From: an uncultured Acidimicrobiales bacterium
GTDB taxonomy: Bacteria > Actinomycetota > Acidimicrobiia > Acidimicrobiales > UBA10347
Assembly (NCBI GenBank): GCA_943788915.1
Contig: CALSSD010000003.1
Location: forward strand, 384,663 to 448,662
DNA: 64,000 bases
Direction: 5' to 3'
Of the stretch, positions 20,323 to 29,456 are shown in pieces. Numbering within the stretch: the first letter of the stretch is position 1; each line of letters opens with the position of its first letter. The notes under the pieces were generated by a model, which worked only from the letters and a program-made list of their open reading frames with translations, searched no databases and was not told the DNA's origin. The translations under genes and the position numbers were made by a program.

Positions 20323-20913
20323 TTACTCGGCAGGACGTTCGGCGATGGAGACCAGGTAGTCAGAGTCGGCGGTGTGCGGGTCGCCCGTCCATGTGCTGAG
20401 ACGGTCGACGGGGTTCAGGCCGGCTCTGCGAAGCCAGGCTTCCCATCCGTCGGCAGCGACACCCCGTCCGAGTGAGAACCCTGCGACCAAATGACCGCCT
20501 GGGGCCACGTGGCGAGCTGCGCCGGCGACGCAAGCTTCTTCGGTACCCGGTTCCACGAACAGGATCACGTTGCCGGCCATAACCACAACGTCGAAGGTCC
20601 GTCCGATATCGAGTGCCGCCAGATCAGACTGCACCCATTGCAGTTCCGGCGCCTTGGACTGCGCCTCGGCCAGCATGTGGGCGTCGATATCGCTGCCGGC
20701 AACATCGAGCCCGCGGCTGGCGAGCTCGATAGCCACTCGCCCGGTCCCACAGCCGGCGTCCAGCACCGAAGTCGGCTCAAATCGCAGCACGAAATCGACC
20801 TCGCCGTGAGGGTTCTCGCCCGCAGCGGCCATCTGCTTCCACTTGACGTCGTAGCTCGCGGCTCGGGCGCTATCCCAGCGATGCCCAGGGTTGGGCGACA
20901 GGTGCTCAGCCAA
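20323..20913 (-). CDS. Class I SAM-dependent methyltransferase
   Basis: HGEVDFV, VLDAGCGTGR, FDVVVMAGNV; TTG start overlaps the P450 stop. Confidence 0.88.
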   Translation of the reverse strand: MAEHLSPNPGHRWDSARAASYDVKWKQMAAAGENPHGEVDFVLRFEPTSVLDAGCGTGRVAIELASRGLDVAGSDIDAHMLAEAQSKAPELQWVQSDLAALDIGRTFDVVVMAGNVILFVEPGTEEACVAGAARHVAPGGHLVAGFSLGRGVAADGWEAWLRRAGLNPVDRLSTWTGDPHTADSDYLVSIAERPAE

Positions 20914-22189
20914 CGGGAGTGAACTCAACGTTGAGGTGCTTGATGCCGTTGATGAAGTTCGACCGCAAATAGTCGGGTTCGCCGACGACAGCAATGTCGG
21001 GCAAACGAGTGAGTAGTTCACGGAACAGCACATTGATCTGGCGACGGGCCAGGTGTGCCCCAAGGCAGAAGTGTGGACCAGGGCCACCGAAGCCGATGTG
21101 GTTCGAGTTGTCACGAGTGATGTCGAAGTCGTACGGGTTCTCGAAGACTGATTCGTCGCGGTTGCCTGAGCCGTACCACAGCACGATTTTGTCGCCAGCA
21201 TTGAGTTCCTGGCCGCCGAGCACGGTGCCATCGGTCGTGACAGTGCGGCGGAAGTGCATAACCGGTGAAGCCACCCGCACGATCTCTTCAACGGCGCCAC
21301 TCAGATGGGCATCGATATCGCCCAGCAGCAGGTCCCGTTGTGCAGGGTTGTCGGTGAGCAGCTTCATCCCATGGCTGATGCTGTTACGAGTGGTTTCATT
21401 GCCAGCCACACACAACAGGATGAAGAACGACCCCAACTCGTCATCGGTGAGCTTCTCGCCATCGAGTTCCGCGTTGAGCAACGCAGTAGTCAGGTCATCG
21501 GCCGGATTCTCGGCGCGGTCCTTGGCGAGTGCCTTCATGATCTCGGCCAGAGTGGCGCCGGCCATCAGCAGCGCCTCGACCGGGTTCGCGCCCTCGGGGA
21601 TGTACTCGGGATCGCCGTTTGACAGGATGATGTTTGACTGTTCAAAGACAGTGTCGTACTGCTCTTCAGGGATACCCATCAGGTCACAGATCATGGCCAA
21701 CGGAAGCCGCGACGCAATGTCGGTCACGAAGTCGCACGACCCTCTGGCAGCCACCGCATCGACGATCTGGACTGCCTTCGCTTCGATGAGTTCTTCGATC
21801 TGCTGGATGACTCGGGGCGTGAAACCTCGGGAGACGATGCCCCGCATGCGTGCATGTTTCGGGTCGTCCATATTGATCATGTTCCCGAAGAACTCGTTGA
21901 ACTCGGGTGGCAGGTCGGCGATGTTGCTGCCCTGGCCAGAACAGAACAGTTCGGGCTTGCGGCTCGCTTCGACGATGTCCGCGTGACGCACCACCGAGTA
22001 GTAGCCAGGCCCAGCGGGAATGAGCACTTCGCCGTCGAGTTCAAGGCTTCGTTCGTTGGAGAAGAACATGCCATCGCGTCCACGCAATTGGTGGAAGACG
22101 CCGTCTTGTACCTGCGGCGGGTTCGACCAGAAACCCTCCACATCGCTCAGGGTGTTGGCATCGAAGGTCACAGAGAGATCTGGCTGCAC
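20906..22189 (-). CDS. Cytochrome P450 (CYP124/125-like)
   Basis: AGNETT, EEIVR, FGGPGPHFCLG. Confidence 0.95.
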   Translation of the reverse strand: MQPDLSVTFDANTLSDVEGFWSNPPQVQDGVFHQLRGRDGMFFSNERSLELDGEVLIPAGPGYYSVVRHADIVEASRKPELFCSGQGSNIADLPPEFNEFFGNMINMDDPKHARMRGIVSRGFTPRVIQQIEELIEAKAVQIVDAVAARGSCDFVTDIASRLPLAMICDLMGIPEEQYDTVFEQSNIILSNGDPEYIPEGANPVEALLMAGATLAEIMKALAKDRAENPADDLTTALLNAELDGEKLTDDELGSFFILLCVAGNETTRNSISHGMKLLTDNPAQRDLLLGDIDAHLSGAVEEIVRVASPVMHFRRTVTTDGTVLGGQELNAGDKIVLWYGSGNRDESVFENPYDFDITRDNSNHIGFGGPGPHFCLGAHLARRQINVLFRELLTRLPDIAVVGEPDYLRSNFINGIKHLNVEFTPVG

Positions 22190-22291
22190 CAGAGCATCCT
22201 AGAAGGCGTCCAATAATGTGCACTATCGCGCTGCTGATTATCTGGTCGAGTGCCGATTGGCGGCCCGGGACGGCATGGGCGAAACTACGAC

Positions 22292-23068
22292 ATGATCGAT
22301 CTCAAGGGAAAGACGGCCCTCGTCACCGGCGCAAGTCGGGGCATCGGCCAGGCCATCGCCGAAACACTCGACCGTGCCGGCGCTCAGGTGCTGCTCAACA
22401 GCCGCAATCGCGATGACATCGAGCAGGTAGCCGCAGGCCTGACCAACAACCCGCAGCTACTCGAGGCAGACCTTGCACCGGCTGGTGCGGGCACCGCCCT
22501 GGCTCAACGGGTCATCAACGAATACGGCGGCGTAGACATCTTGGTCAACAACGCTGGAATTGCCATGCGACGCACGCCCGGCGAACTCACCGAGGCCGAT
22601 GTCGACGAAGTCTTCAACATCAACGTACGTGGGCTCCTCATGCTCACGACCGGTTTGGGCGAGACCATGATCGAACGCGGCGGCGGTTCCATCGTGAACA
22701 TCTCATCGGTCGCCGGAGTGATCGGCCCCCTCGGACGTGTCGCGTATTCGGGCACCAAGGGTGCGGTCGATGCCATGACTCGGGCGCTGGCCGCGGACTG
22801 GGGGTGTCATGGCATTCGTGTCAACTCGGTCGCCCCCGGCATCATCACGACCGACATCTGGGAGGAGAGCCGCCGCACCATCCCCGGGCTGATCGAAAAC
22901 ATGGAGGCCGGGGTATCGCTCCGCCGGTGGGGCGAGAGTCAAGATGTCGCCGACGTCGTATTGTTCCTCGCCTCGGACCTGGCGAGTTACGTGACCGGCG
23001 AAACGATCACGGTCGACGGAGGTATGGCCAAAGTTCGCGGCGGCGGCAAACCAGAATTTAAGGAATAA
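22292..23068 (+). CDS. SDR family oxidoreductase
   Basis: TGASRGIG, NNAG, YSGTK, DGG. Confidence 0.95.
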   Translation: MIDLKGKTALVTGASRGIGQAIAETLDRAGAQVLLNSRNRDDIEQVAAGLTNNPQLLEADLAPAGAGTALAQRVINEYGGVDILVNNAGIAMRRTPGELTEADVDEVFNINVRGLLMLTTGLGETMIERGGGSIVNISSVAGVIGPLGRVAYSGTKGAVDAMTRALAADWGCHGIRVNSVAPGIITTDIWEESRRTIPGLIENMEAGVSLRRWGESQDVADVVLFLASDLASYVTGETITVDGGMAKVRGGGKPEFKE

Positions 23069-23080
23069 CCCAACTTCTGA

Positions 23081-23899
23081 CTACAACGCGTAGCTGGCGA
23101 TCGTGCAGCTCACAGCAAAGATCGGGATCGGCTGGAAGAAGTGCACGGTGCCGGTGGCGCCAGCGGCTGCTGCACTCACCGCAAGGAACGTGCGGATCTC
23201 GAAGCCGCCCTGGCCAGCGTCGGCGTAGACGCTCGCATCGTCGTAGTCGAGCAAGGCATCCTTGTCATTGCGGCACCAACGGTCGAGAAAGTCGCGGTCC
23301 CATGGCTCGTTGATCTTGCCGCTGTCTGGTGTTGCCGGCCAGTGCGAGATGCCGCCGGTGCCCACGATCGCAATGCGCTCGGGGAAGGAATCGGCGGCGC
23401 GGCGCAGTGCTTCGCCGAAGGCCCAGGCTCGCGGGAGTGGGGCCAGCGGTGGCCCTTGGCAGTTGATGTTGGCGGGGATAATCGGCACATCGAAGTTGGG
23501 CGTCAGGAAGTGCAGCGGCACGGCAATGCCATGATCAAACTTCCACTCTTCGGCATAACTCACGTCGACGGTGTGCATGACCTCTTTGATGAGTCGCTCG
23601 GACAGATCACGGTTGCCTGGCGCCCGGAACTTATCGAAGCCGATCCAGCCGGTGTCTTCGATCGGACCGTCGTAGAAGTCGGCCATTCCGAGCGCGAACG
23701 ATGGCATGTTGTCCATGAAGAAGTTGGCAAAGTGCTCGGCGGCGATCACGATGATGGCGTCGGGTTTGGCGGCCTCGATATCGGCCCGCATCTGGTCAAA
23801 CGCGGCATACAAGCTGTCGCGCATGTCGGGATCTGCCTGATCGGCGCGACCGGTAATTCCCGGGGCGTGGCTGCACACACCTGCATAAACCAGTGGCAT
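23081..23899 (-). CDS. LigB-family (class III) extradiol dioxygenase, catalytic subunit
   Basis: SHAP, EHFANFF.DNMP, DHG..VPL, GTGGISHWP, G..EIRT. Confidence 0.9.
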   Translation of the reverse strand: MPLVYAGVCSHAPGITGRADQADPDMRDSLYAAFDQMRADIEAAKPDAIIVIAAEHFANFFMDNMPSFALGMADFYDGPIEDTGWIGFDKFRAPGNRDLSERLIKEVMHTVDVSYAEEWKFDHGIAVPLHFLTPNFDVPIIPANINCQGPPLAPLPRAWAFGEALRRAADSFPERIAIVGTGGISHWPATPDSGKINEPWDRDFLDRWCRNDKDALLDYDDASVYADAGQGGFEIRTFLAVSAAAAGATGTVHFFQPIPIFAVSCTIASYAL

Positions 23900-24297
23900 T
23901 AGCTCTCTCCTGTTTCGCTCGTTGCTACTTTGCTCGTTGCTGCTTTGCTCGCCCCAGGCTGCTGGCCCAGGCTCATGGCATGGGCATCTGTGCCCTCGTA
24001 GCCGGTCACGGCATACACGCCTTCTCGCACGGGGCCGTGTTCTTCAATACCGTCGCGCATCAGCTGCAAATAGTCAGCCCAAGCGATGTGATGGAGCGCA
24101 CCGAAGTGCATCAAAATCTGGCCGTTGACACCTAGGTGGAACAGCAGCCCGATATCGGGAGTAGTCAGCGCTTCGTGTTCTTCGTCCGTCAGGTCGAAGC
24201 CGGCGAGGGACGCGCTGCGATCAGCTAGGTACGCCTGCTGCTTGGCCTCGTCACGGTTTAACTCGTAGAGAAACTTCTGAACGTAATACAGACTCAT
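23899..24297 (-). CDS. LigA-like small subunit of extradiol dioxygenase
   Basis: MSLYYVQKFLYELNRD...FDLTDEEHEAL..PDIGLLFHLGVNGQILMH; TAATG overlap with ligB. Confidence 0.8.
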   Translation of the reverse strand: MSLYYVQKFLYELNRDEAKQQAYLADRSASLAGFDLTDEEHEALTTPDIGLLFHLGVNGQILMHFGALHHIAWADYLQLMRDGIEEHGPVREGVYAVTGYEGTDAHAMSLGQQPGASKAATSKVATSETGES

Positions 24298-24304
24298 GTC
24301 GGAC

Positions 24305-25831
24305 TCAGCCTCCCAGCTTTGGCACCGCATGGGTGTCAAACGCGATGGCGATGTTCTTCGTCTCCATGTAGAAGTCGAAGCTCCAGTCGCCACCATCTCG
24401 ACCGATACCACTTGACTTGGTGCCGCCGAACGGCGCTGGCAGGTGACGCACATTCTGGGAGTTGACCCAGATCATGCCAGCCTCGAGCGCATGGGCAACA
24501 CGATGCGCCCGTCCGACATCTCGGGTCCACAAGTACCCAGCGAGCCCGTATTCGGTGTCGTTTGCGATCTTGATGGCGTCAGCTTCGTCGTCGAACGGAA
24601 TCGCGGTGAGCGCCGGGCCAAAGATCTCTTCCTGGGCGATACGCATCTTGTTGTTCGCACCGGTGAACAACATTGGTGTGACCCAGTTGCCGCCTTCGGG
24701 TGCGTCAGCCCACATGCCACCCTCGATCACCGTTGCGCCGTCTTCCTTGGCGATGTTGCGGTAACTGCAAACCTTGTCGTGATGCCGGGGGTGAATCAAC
24801 GGGCCGATCACCGAAGTTGGGTCGAGGGGATGCCCCACGGGAACACCCTTCATCTTCTCGGCCAGGCGTTCGGTGAAGGTGTCATAGATCGATGACTGAA
24901 TGAGTACTCGACTGGAGCTGGTACATCGTTCGCCGTTGAGGCTGTAGATCATGAAGATCACCGCGTCGAGCGCTCGTTCGATGTCGGCATCGTCGAACAC
25001 GATGACCGGGTTCTTACCACCGAGTTCGAAGTGCACCCGTTTGAGTGTCGGCGCGCCTTGTGCTTGGATCATCGAACCGGTCGACGACTCGCCGACAAAA
25101 GCGATCGCCTTGATGTCGGGATGTTCCGTCAGGCTCTTGCCCGCGGTTTCGCCCATGCCGTGCACCACATTCAGCACGCCGGCGGGCAGGCCGGCTTCGA
25201 GCGCAATCTCGGCAAGCAGATGTGCGGTAAACGGGCTCCACTCGGCAGGTTTGTGGACCACGCTGCAACCGGCCGCAAGCGCGGGTGCAATCTTCCACGT
25301 GCTGAGCATGAACGGCGTGTTCCATGGCGTGATGACGCCCACCGGGCCGATCGGTTGGCGGGTTGTGTAGTTGACATGATCGGCCGTGGGCAGTGATTGG
25401 CCGTCGTTGGCACCGGGCGCTTGGTCCGCAAAGAATCGGAAGTTCGCCGCACCCCGCAACGCAGCATGACCCATGAATCGCATGGTCTGGCCGGTGTCCA
25501 CACATTCGGTGACCGCAATCTGATGGGCGTTCTCTTCGATCAGATCGGCGACCCGGTGAAGGATGCGCTTCCGGTCGACGCCACTCATTGCGCTCCACAC
25601 GCCAAAACCCTCCGTTGCCGCTTTTGCCGCAGCATCGATATCGGCAGCATCACCCGCAGAAACGTCGCCAAGATGGCGACCATCGATTGGTGACTGATTA
25701 GCGAAGGTCGCACCGGATACCGAAGGTGTTGCCACTCCACCAATCAAATGCGGAAGCGGGGCCTCGGCAAATCGGGCCAGGTAGCCCTCGGCTGCAGTCA
25801 GGTTCTCGTTGAATGTCATCGCTTCAGCCAT
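24305..25831 (-). CDS. hpaE: 5-carboxymethyl-2-hydroxymuconate semialdehyde dehydrogenase
   Basis: ITPWNTPFMLSTWK, FELGGKNP, IYSLNGERCT, SQNVRHL. Confidence 0.92.
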   Translation of the reverse strand: MAEAMTFNENLTAAEGYLARFAEAPLPHLIGGVATPSVSGATFANQSPIDGRHLGDVSAGDAADIDAAAKAATEGFGVWSAMSGVDRKRILHRVADLIEENAHQIAVTECVDTGQTMRFMGHAALRGAANFRFFADQAPGANDGQSLPTADHVNYTTRQPIGPVGVITPWNTPFMLSTWKIAPALAAGCSVVHKPAEWSPFTAHLLAEIALEAGLPAGVLNVVHGMGETAGKSLTEHPDIKAIAFVGESSTGSMIQAQGAPTLKRVHFELGGKNPVIVFDDADIERALDAVIFMIYSLNGERCTSSSRVLIQSSIYDTFTERLAEKMKGVPVGHPLDPTSVIGPLIHPRHHDKVCSYRNIAKEDGATVIEGGMWADAPEGGNWVTPMLFTGANNKMRIAQEEIFGPALTAIPFDDEADAIKIANDTEYGLAGYLWTRDVGRAHRVAHALEAGMIWVNSQNVRHLPAPFGGTKSSGIGRDGGDWSFDFYMETKNIAIAFDTHAVPKLGG

Positions 25832-26243
25832 GTGAAGGTGCCTCCTGGGCAGTCGCTGCTCGCTGGGCAAGCCTGGTTCGTACGTGATTTCGGTTGATAC
25901 GGAAGTTGGCATCGATCTCGTTCAACTCGATCGACCATGCAATCGCAAGCGGGCCGAATTCGGCATCGAGTTGTGACTCTGCGGCATCGAGCACGGTCTC
26001 AATAAAGCCGGTTTTGGTCGCTGCATCGCGTCCAGGGCCGATGCGAATGGCGATTGCCACAAACGCCAAGTCGGCGGAACCATCGGCGATACGGAAGTGG
26101 TCTCGCACCGCGGCCCGAGTCCGCAAACCGTCGACAGGCGGCAGCCCGTGGCCGATCGCGGCGTTGTGTACCGCGCTGACCAACGCGTCGACGTCGTGGT
26201 GTTCGGCGATGTTTGCCGAGTACTCAATCATGATGTGGGGCAC
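25824..26243 (-). CDS. hpaF: 5-carboxymethyl-2-hydroxymuconate delta-isomerase
   Basis: Pro-1 start MPHIMIEYSANI, GLRTRA, IADG, RIGPGR. Confidence 0.9.
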   Translation of the reverse strand: MPHIMIEYSANIAEHHDVDALVSAVHNAAIGHGLPPVDGLRTRAAVRDHFRIADGSADLAFVAIAIRIGPGRDAATKTGFIETVLDAAESQLDAEFGPLAIAWSIELNEIDANFRINRNHVRTRLAQRAATAQEAPSHG

Positions 26244-26288
26244 GCGTGGCTGCCTTCCGAGTCGCCGTCTGCGACTTCCTCTTGCCGT

Positions 26289-26312
26289 AGATGTTTAACA
26301 TGTGTAATATCT
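26289..26312. promoter_or_regulatory. Candidate HpaR operator in the divergent promoter region
   Basis: AT-rich imperfect palindrome AGATGTTTAACATGTGTAATATCT (18 of 24 positions symmetric). Confidence 0.55.
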
Positions 26313-26366
26313 CAACGCAACGGAATCTTCAAAGAAGTGGTGGCATCAGTGCAACAGCAGATCACA

Positions 26367-26456
26367 ACCGCAGAGCGGCCAGAGCGAAGCGAAGCCGCGA
26401 GTGCGAAGGTCACCGCAGAGCGGCCCGAGCGAAGCGAAGCCGCGAGTGCGAAGGTC
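26367..26456. repeat. 45-bp tandem duplication containing GAGCGAAGCGAAG
   Basis: Two copies of ACCGCAGAGCGGCC(A/C)GAGCGAAGCGAAGCCGCGAGTGCGAAGGTC with one mismatch. Confidence 0.9.
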
Positions 26457-26461
26457 ACATC

Positions 26462-27368
26462 ATGAGGTTGTTGTCGTATACGGCTGGGGACACATGTGGC
26501 TTCGGCATGCTCACCGCCGATGGAACCGGCATCATAGAATTGGGCAGCGCTGCTGGCCAGCGAATCGACGGTGTTACCGACCTCGGCCAACTGGTCGGCG
26601 AGATGCGCATAGAAGAAGCACGCCAGTTCATCGATGAACCAGCCGACCATGCTGTCGCCGACATCACCTACGAACGTTTGCTCCCGTGGCCGCAGAAGAT
26701 CTTCTGCATCGGCGTGAACTATGGCGGCCGCAGCGCCGAATACGAGGACAAGAGCGATGCTGCGTGGCCGTCGGTCTTCGTGCGATTTCCCTGATTCATT
26801 CACCGGTCATGACCGCGATGTACTTCGCCCGCCCGAGAGCCCTCAACTCGACTACGAAGGCGAGATAGTGGTCGTCATCGGCAAACCAGGTCGACGTATT
26901 CCGGTGAGCGAAGCCCGGAGCCACATCGCCGGGTTGTCGCTCGGCAACGAGGGCACAATCCGGGATTGGGTCCGCCACGCCAAGTTCAATGTCACCCAGG
27001 GAAAGAACTGGGAATCGACCGGTTCGTTTGGCCCGCATCTGGTCACGCTCGACGAGATCGGCGACTTCGAAGACTTACAGCTGCGCACGCATGTAAACGG
27101 CGAGCTGCGCCAAGAAGACACCCCTGCGACCATGAAGTACTCGATCGACTATCAGATCCACTATTTGTCCACGTTCACGCTGCTGCGGCCAGGCGACATC
27201 ATCTTCTCGGGAACCCCGACGGGTGCCGGGGCACGATTCGACCCGCCAAGGTGGCTTGTGCCAGGCGATGTCGTCGAGGTGTCGGTGCCCGAACTCGGCA
27301 CGTTGCGCAACACCGTGGCCGATGCGTTTCCTGAGGGATCCGATTTTCAGACCCCTGCGGCACAATGA
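26462..27368 (+). CDS. Fumarylacetoacetate hydrolase family protein (HpaG-like); +1 frameshift at 26789-26791
   Basis: KIFCIGVNY, PSVFVRFP|DSFTGH, LDYEGE, QGKNW, PGDIIFSGTP; removing one C joins the two ORFs. Confidence 0.88.
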
Positions 27369-27883
27369 CATCGAGCGCCCGGGGCCACACCGCCGACGAC
27401 GAGGCAATCGCCATGCGCGACTTCTCGGCCTCGTTGCCCATGGCGCTTCTTCAGGCGCGCGAAGCTGCCATGCAGTTGTTTCGACCCTTGCTCGCAGAGC
27501 ACGATCTCACCGAACAACAGTGGCGAGTGCTGCGAGCGCTGTCGGCATCGGATGAACCGCTCGAAGTTGGCGCGATCGTCGACGCCACCTTCCTGCTGGC
27601 TCCAAGTCTGTCGCGGATCCTGAAAGACCTCGACGGCCGCGACCTAGTCCGTCGGTCCCCGGTGGCGACCGACCAACGCCGGGCCGAAATCTCCCTAACC
27701 GAGCACGGCTATGCGCTGGTGGCGTCAGTCGCACCCCAGAGCGAAGCCATCTACAACCGGATCGAAGAAGCTTTCGGCGACAAGGCACTCCAACGCCTGC
27801 TGCGCCAACTCGCCGAGCTTCGAGACACAACCAACCGAATTGTTACGTCCCCAGGGGACGTAACAATTGGAGGCACCACATGA
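27365..27883 (+). CDS. hpaR: Homoprotocatechuate operon repressor (MarR family)
   Basis: SLPMALLQAREAAM..FRPLL..HDLTEQQWRVLRAL, PSLSRIL, DQRR. Confidence 0.9.
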   Translation: MTSSARGHTADDEAIAMRDFSASLPMALLQAREAAMQLFRPLLAEHDLTEQQWRVLRALSASDEPLEVGAIVDATFLLAPSLSRILKDLDGRDLVRRSPVATDQRRAEISLTEHGYALVASVAPQSEAIYNRIEEAFGDKALQRLLRQLAELRDTTNRIVTSPGDVTIGGTT

Positions 27884-28683
27884 TGAGTCCTGACGTTGCA
27901 GCGGCCGAGGCTGCGCTGCTTGATCGAGCAGAGATCGACGCCACCCAGATGCGTCAGACGACTGGCGAGTATCACGATCTGACAATCGACGATGCCTATG
28001 TCATCCAGGCGGCATGGCAAGAGATCAAGCTGGCCCGTGGCGAAGTACTCGTTGGCCACAAGATTGGTCTGACCAGCCGGGCAATGCAGGCGTCGATGAA
28101 TATCACCACACCAGACTCTGGCTTCCTGACAGACAGGATGGTCTTCGAGCCCGACACCCGGCTCGTGGCCGCAGACTTCTGTGACCCGAAGCTCGAGATC
28201 GAGTTGGCGTTTGTGCTCAACACCGACCTTGCCGGCGATGACCTATCCGCCGACGACATCCTCGATGCCACCGAATACGTGGTCCCCGCCATCGAGCTCA
28301 TCGCCGCCCGGTCGTTTCGCCGCGATCCGGACTCTGGGCGCACCCGCACCGTCGTCGACACCATCGCCGACAATGCCGCCAACGCCGGCATCATCATGGG
28401 CGGAACCAAGGTTGCACCTCGCGACATCGATCTCCGTTGGGTGAGTGCGTTAGGTAGCCGCAATGGCGTGATCGAAGAAACCGGTGTGGCCGCTGGTGTA
28501 CTCGGGCATCCGGCCATGGGTATTGCGTGGTTGGCCCGCCGCTACCACGAACAGGGACTCACGCTTGAGAAAGGCCAGATCATCCTGGCGGGTTCGTTCA
28601 CTCGGCCGATCGACATTCGCCCCGGCGACGACTTCCACTTCGACTACGGCCCGCTCGGTGCCTTCAGCCTGGGTTTCAACTAA
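27880..28683 (+). CDS. hpaH: 2-oxo-hept-4-ene-1,7-dioate hydratase
   Basis: GHKIGLTSRAMQ, EIELAF, DTIADNAANAG, IEETGVAAGVLGHP, GSFTRP. Confidence 0.92.
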   Translation: MMSPDVAAAEAALLDRAEIDATQMRQTTGEYHDLTIDDAYVIQAAWQEIKLARGEVLVGHKIGLTSRAMQASMNITTPDSGFLTDRMVFEPDTRLVAADFCDPKLEIELAFVLNTDLAGDDLSADDILDATEYVVPAIELIAARSFRRDPDSGRTRTVVDTIADNAANAGIIMGGTKVAPRDIDLRWVSALGSRNGVIEETGVAAGVLGHPAMGIAWLARRYHEQGLTLEKGQIILAGSFTRPIDIRPGDDFHFDYGPLGAFSLGFN

Positions 28684-29447
28684 TGCAGATGCCGGTAAAC
28701 GACTTCAAACGTCGCCTCTACGAGCCTGGTGTGCAATACGGCATGTGGATCAGCATGGCCGATCCCGTGGCTGCCGAGATCAGCGCGGGGGCCGGGTTCG
28801 ACTGGCTGATGATCGACGCCGAACATTCGCCGAACGATTTACGCACGTTGTTGGCGCAGCTCCAGGCGGTGAACGCCTATCCGGTGAGTGCGGTGATTCG
28901 TCCGCCTCAGGCAGATGCGGTGATCATCAAGCAGTACCTCGACCTCGGCGCCCAGACAATCCTGGTTCCCATGATCGAAACCGCCGAGCAGGCCGAAGAA
29001 ATGGTGCGTGCCGTTCGTTACCCGCCACAAGGGATCCGAGGCGTCGCAACCGGCCGAGCCGCCCGGTGGGGCCGAGTCGAGAACTACTACCGCCATGCCA
29101 ACGATGAAATGTGTGTTCTGGTGCAGGTCGAGACCATCGAAGGTGTGCGGAACCTCATGGACATCGCCCGGGTCGACGGCGTCGACGGCGTCTTCATCGG
29201 CCCGTCTGATCTAGGCGCTGCACTCGGACACATCGGTGATGCAACCCATCCCGATGTGCGAGAAGCGGTCGTCGCATCTCTTGCTGCCGTGCGAGCAGCA
29301 GGAAAAGCAGCGGGTGTATTGAGCGTGAATCCCACGCTGGCCCGCGAATACCGCGATGCTGGGGCCAACTTCGTGGCAGTTGGAGTCGACACCAGCCTGC
29401 TGGCCAAACACACCAAGGCACTTGCCGATTCTTTCAAGGACAGTTAG
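28683..29447 (+). CDS. hpaI: 4-hydroxy-2-oxoheptanedioate aldolase (HpcH/HpaI)
   Basis: DAEHSPNDL, LDLGAQTILVPMIET, YPPQGIRG, VFIGPSDL. Confidence 0.93.
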   Translation: MQMPVNDFKRRLYEPGVQYGMWISMADPVAAEISAGAGFDWLMIDAEHSPNDLRTLLAQLQAVNAYPVSAVIRPPQADAVIIKQYLDLGAQTILVPMIETAEQAEEMVRAVRYPPQGIRGVATGRAARWGRVENYYRHANDEMCVLVQVETIEGVRNLMDIARVDGVDGVFIGPSDLGAALGHIGDATHPDVREAVVASLAAVRAAGKAAGVLSVNPTLAREYRDAGANFVAVGVDTSLLAKHTKALADSFKDS

Positions 29448-29456
29448 GAACTGATC

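Noticed and set aside
20323..23068. CYP124/125-like P450, methyltransferase and SDR as part of the hpa pathway
   Set aside because: Separate transcription units with their own promoter; the SDR converges on ligB; this P450 type usually acts on lipids or steroids
26367..26456. 45-bp repeat as a CRISPR array
   Set aside because: Only two directly adjacent copies, no spacers and no cas genes
26789..26794. TGA after VFVRFP as a second Sec codon
   Set aside because: Homology continues in the +1 frame, not the same frame, and there is no Cys motif; it is a frameshift
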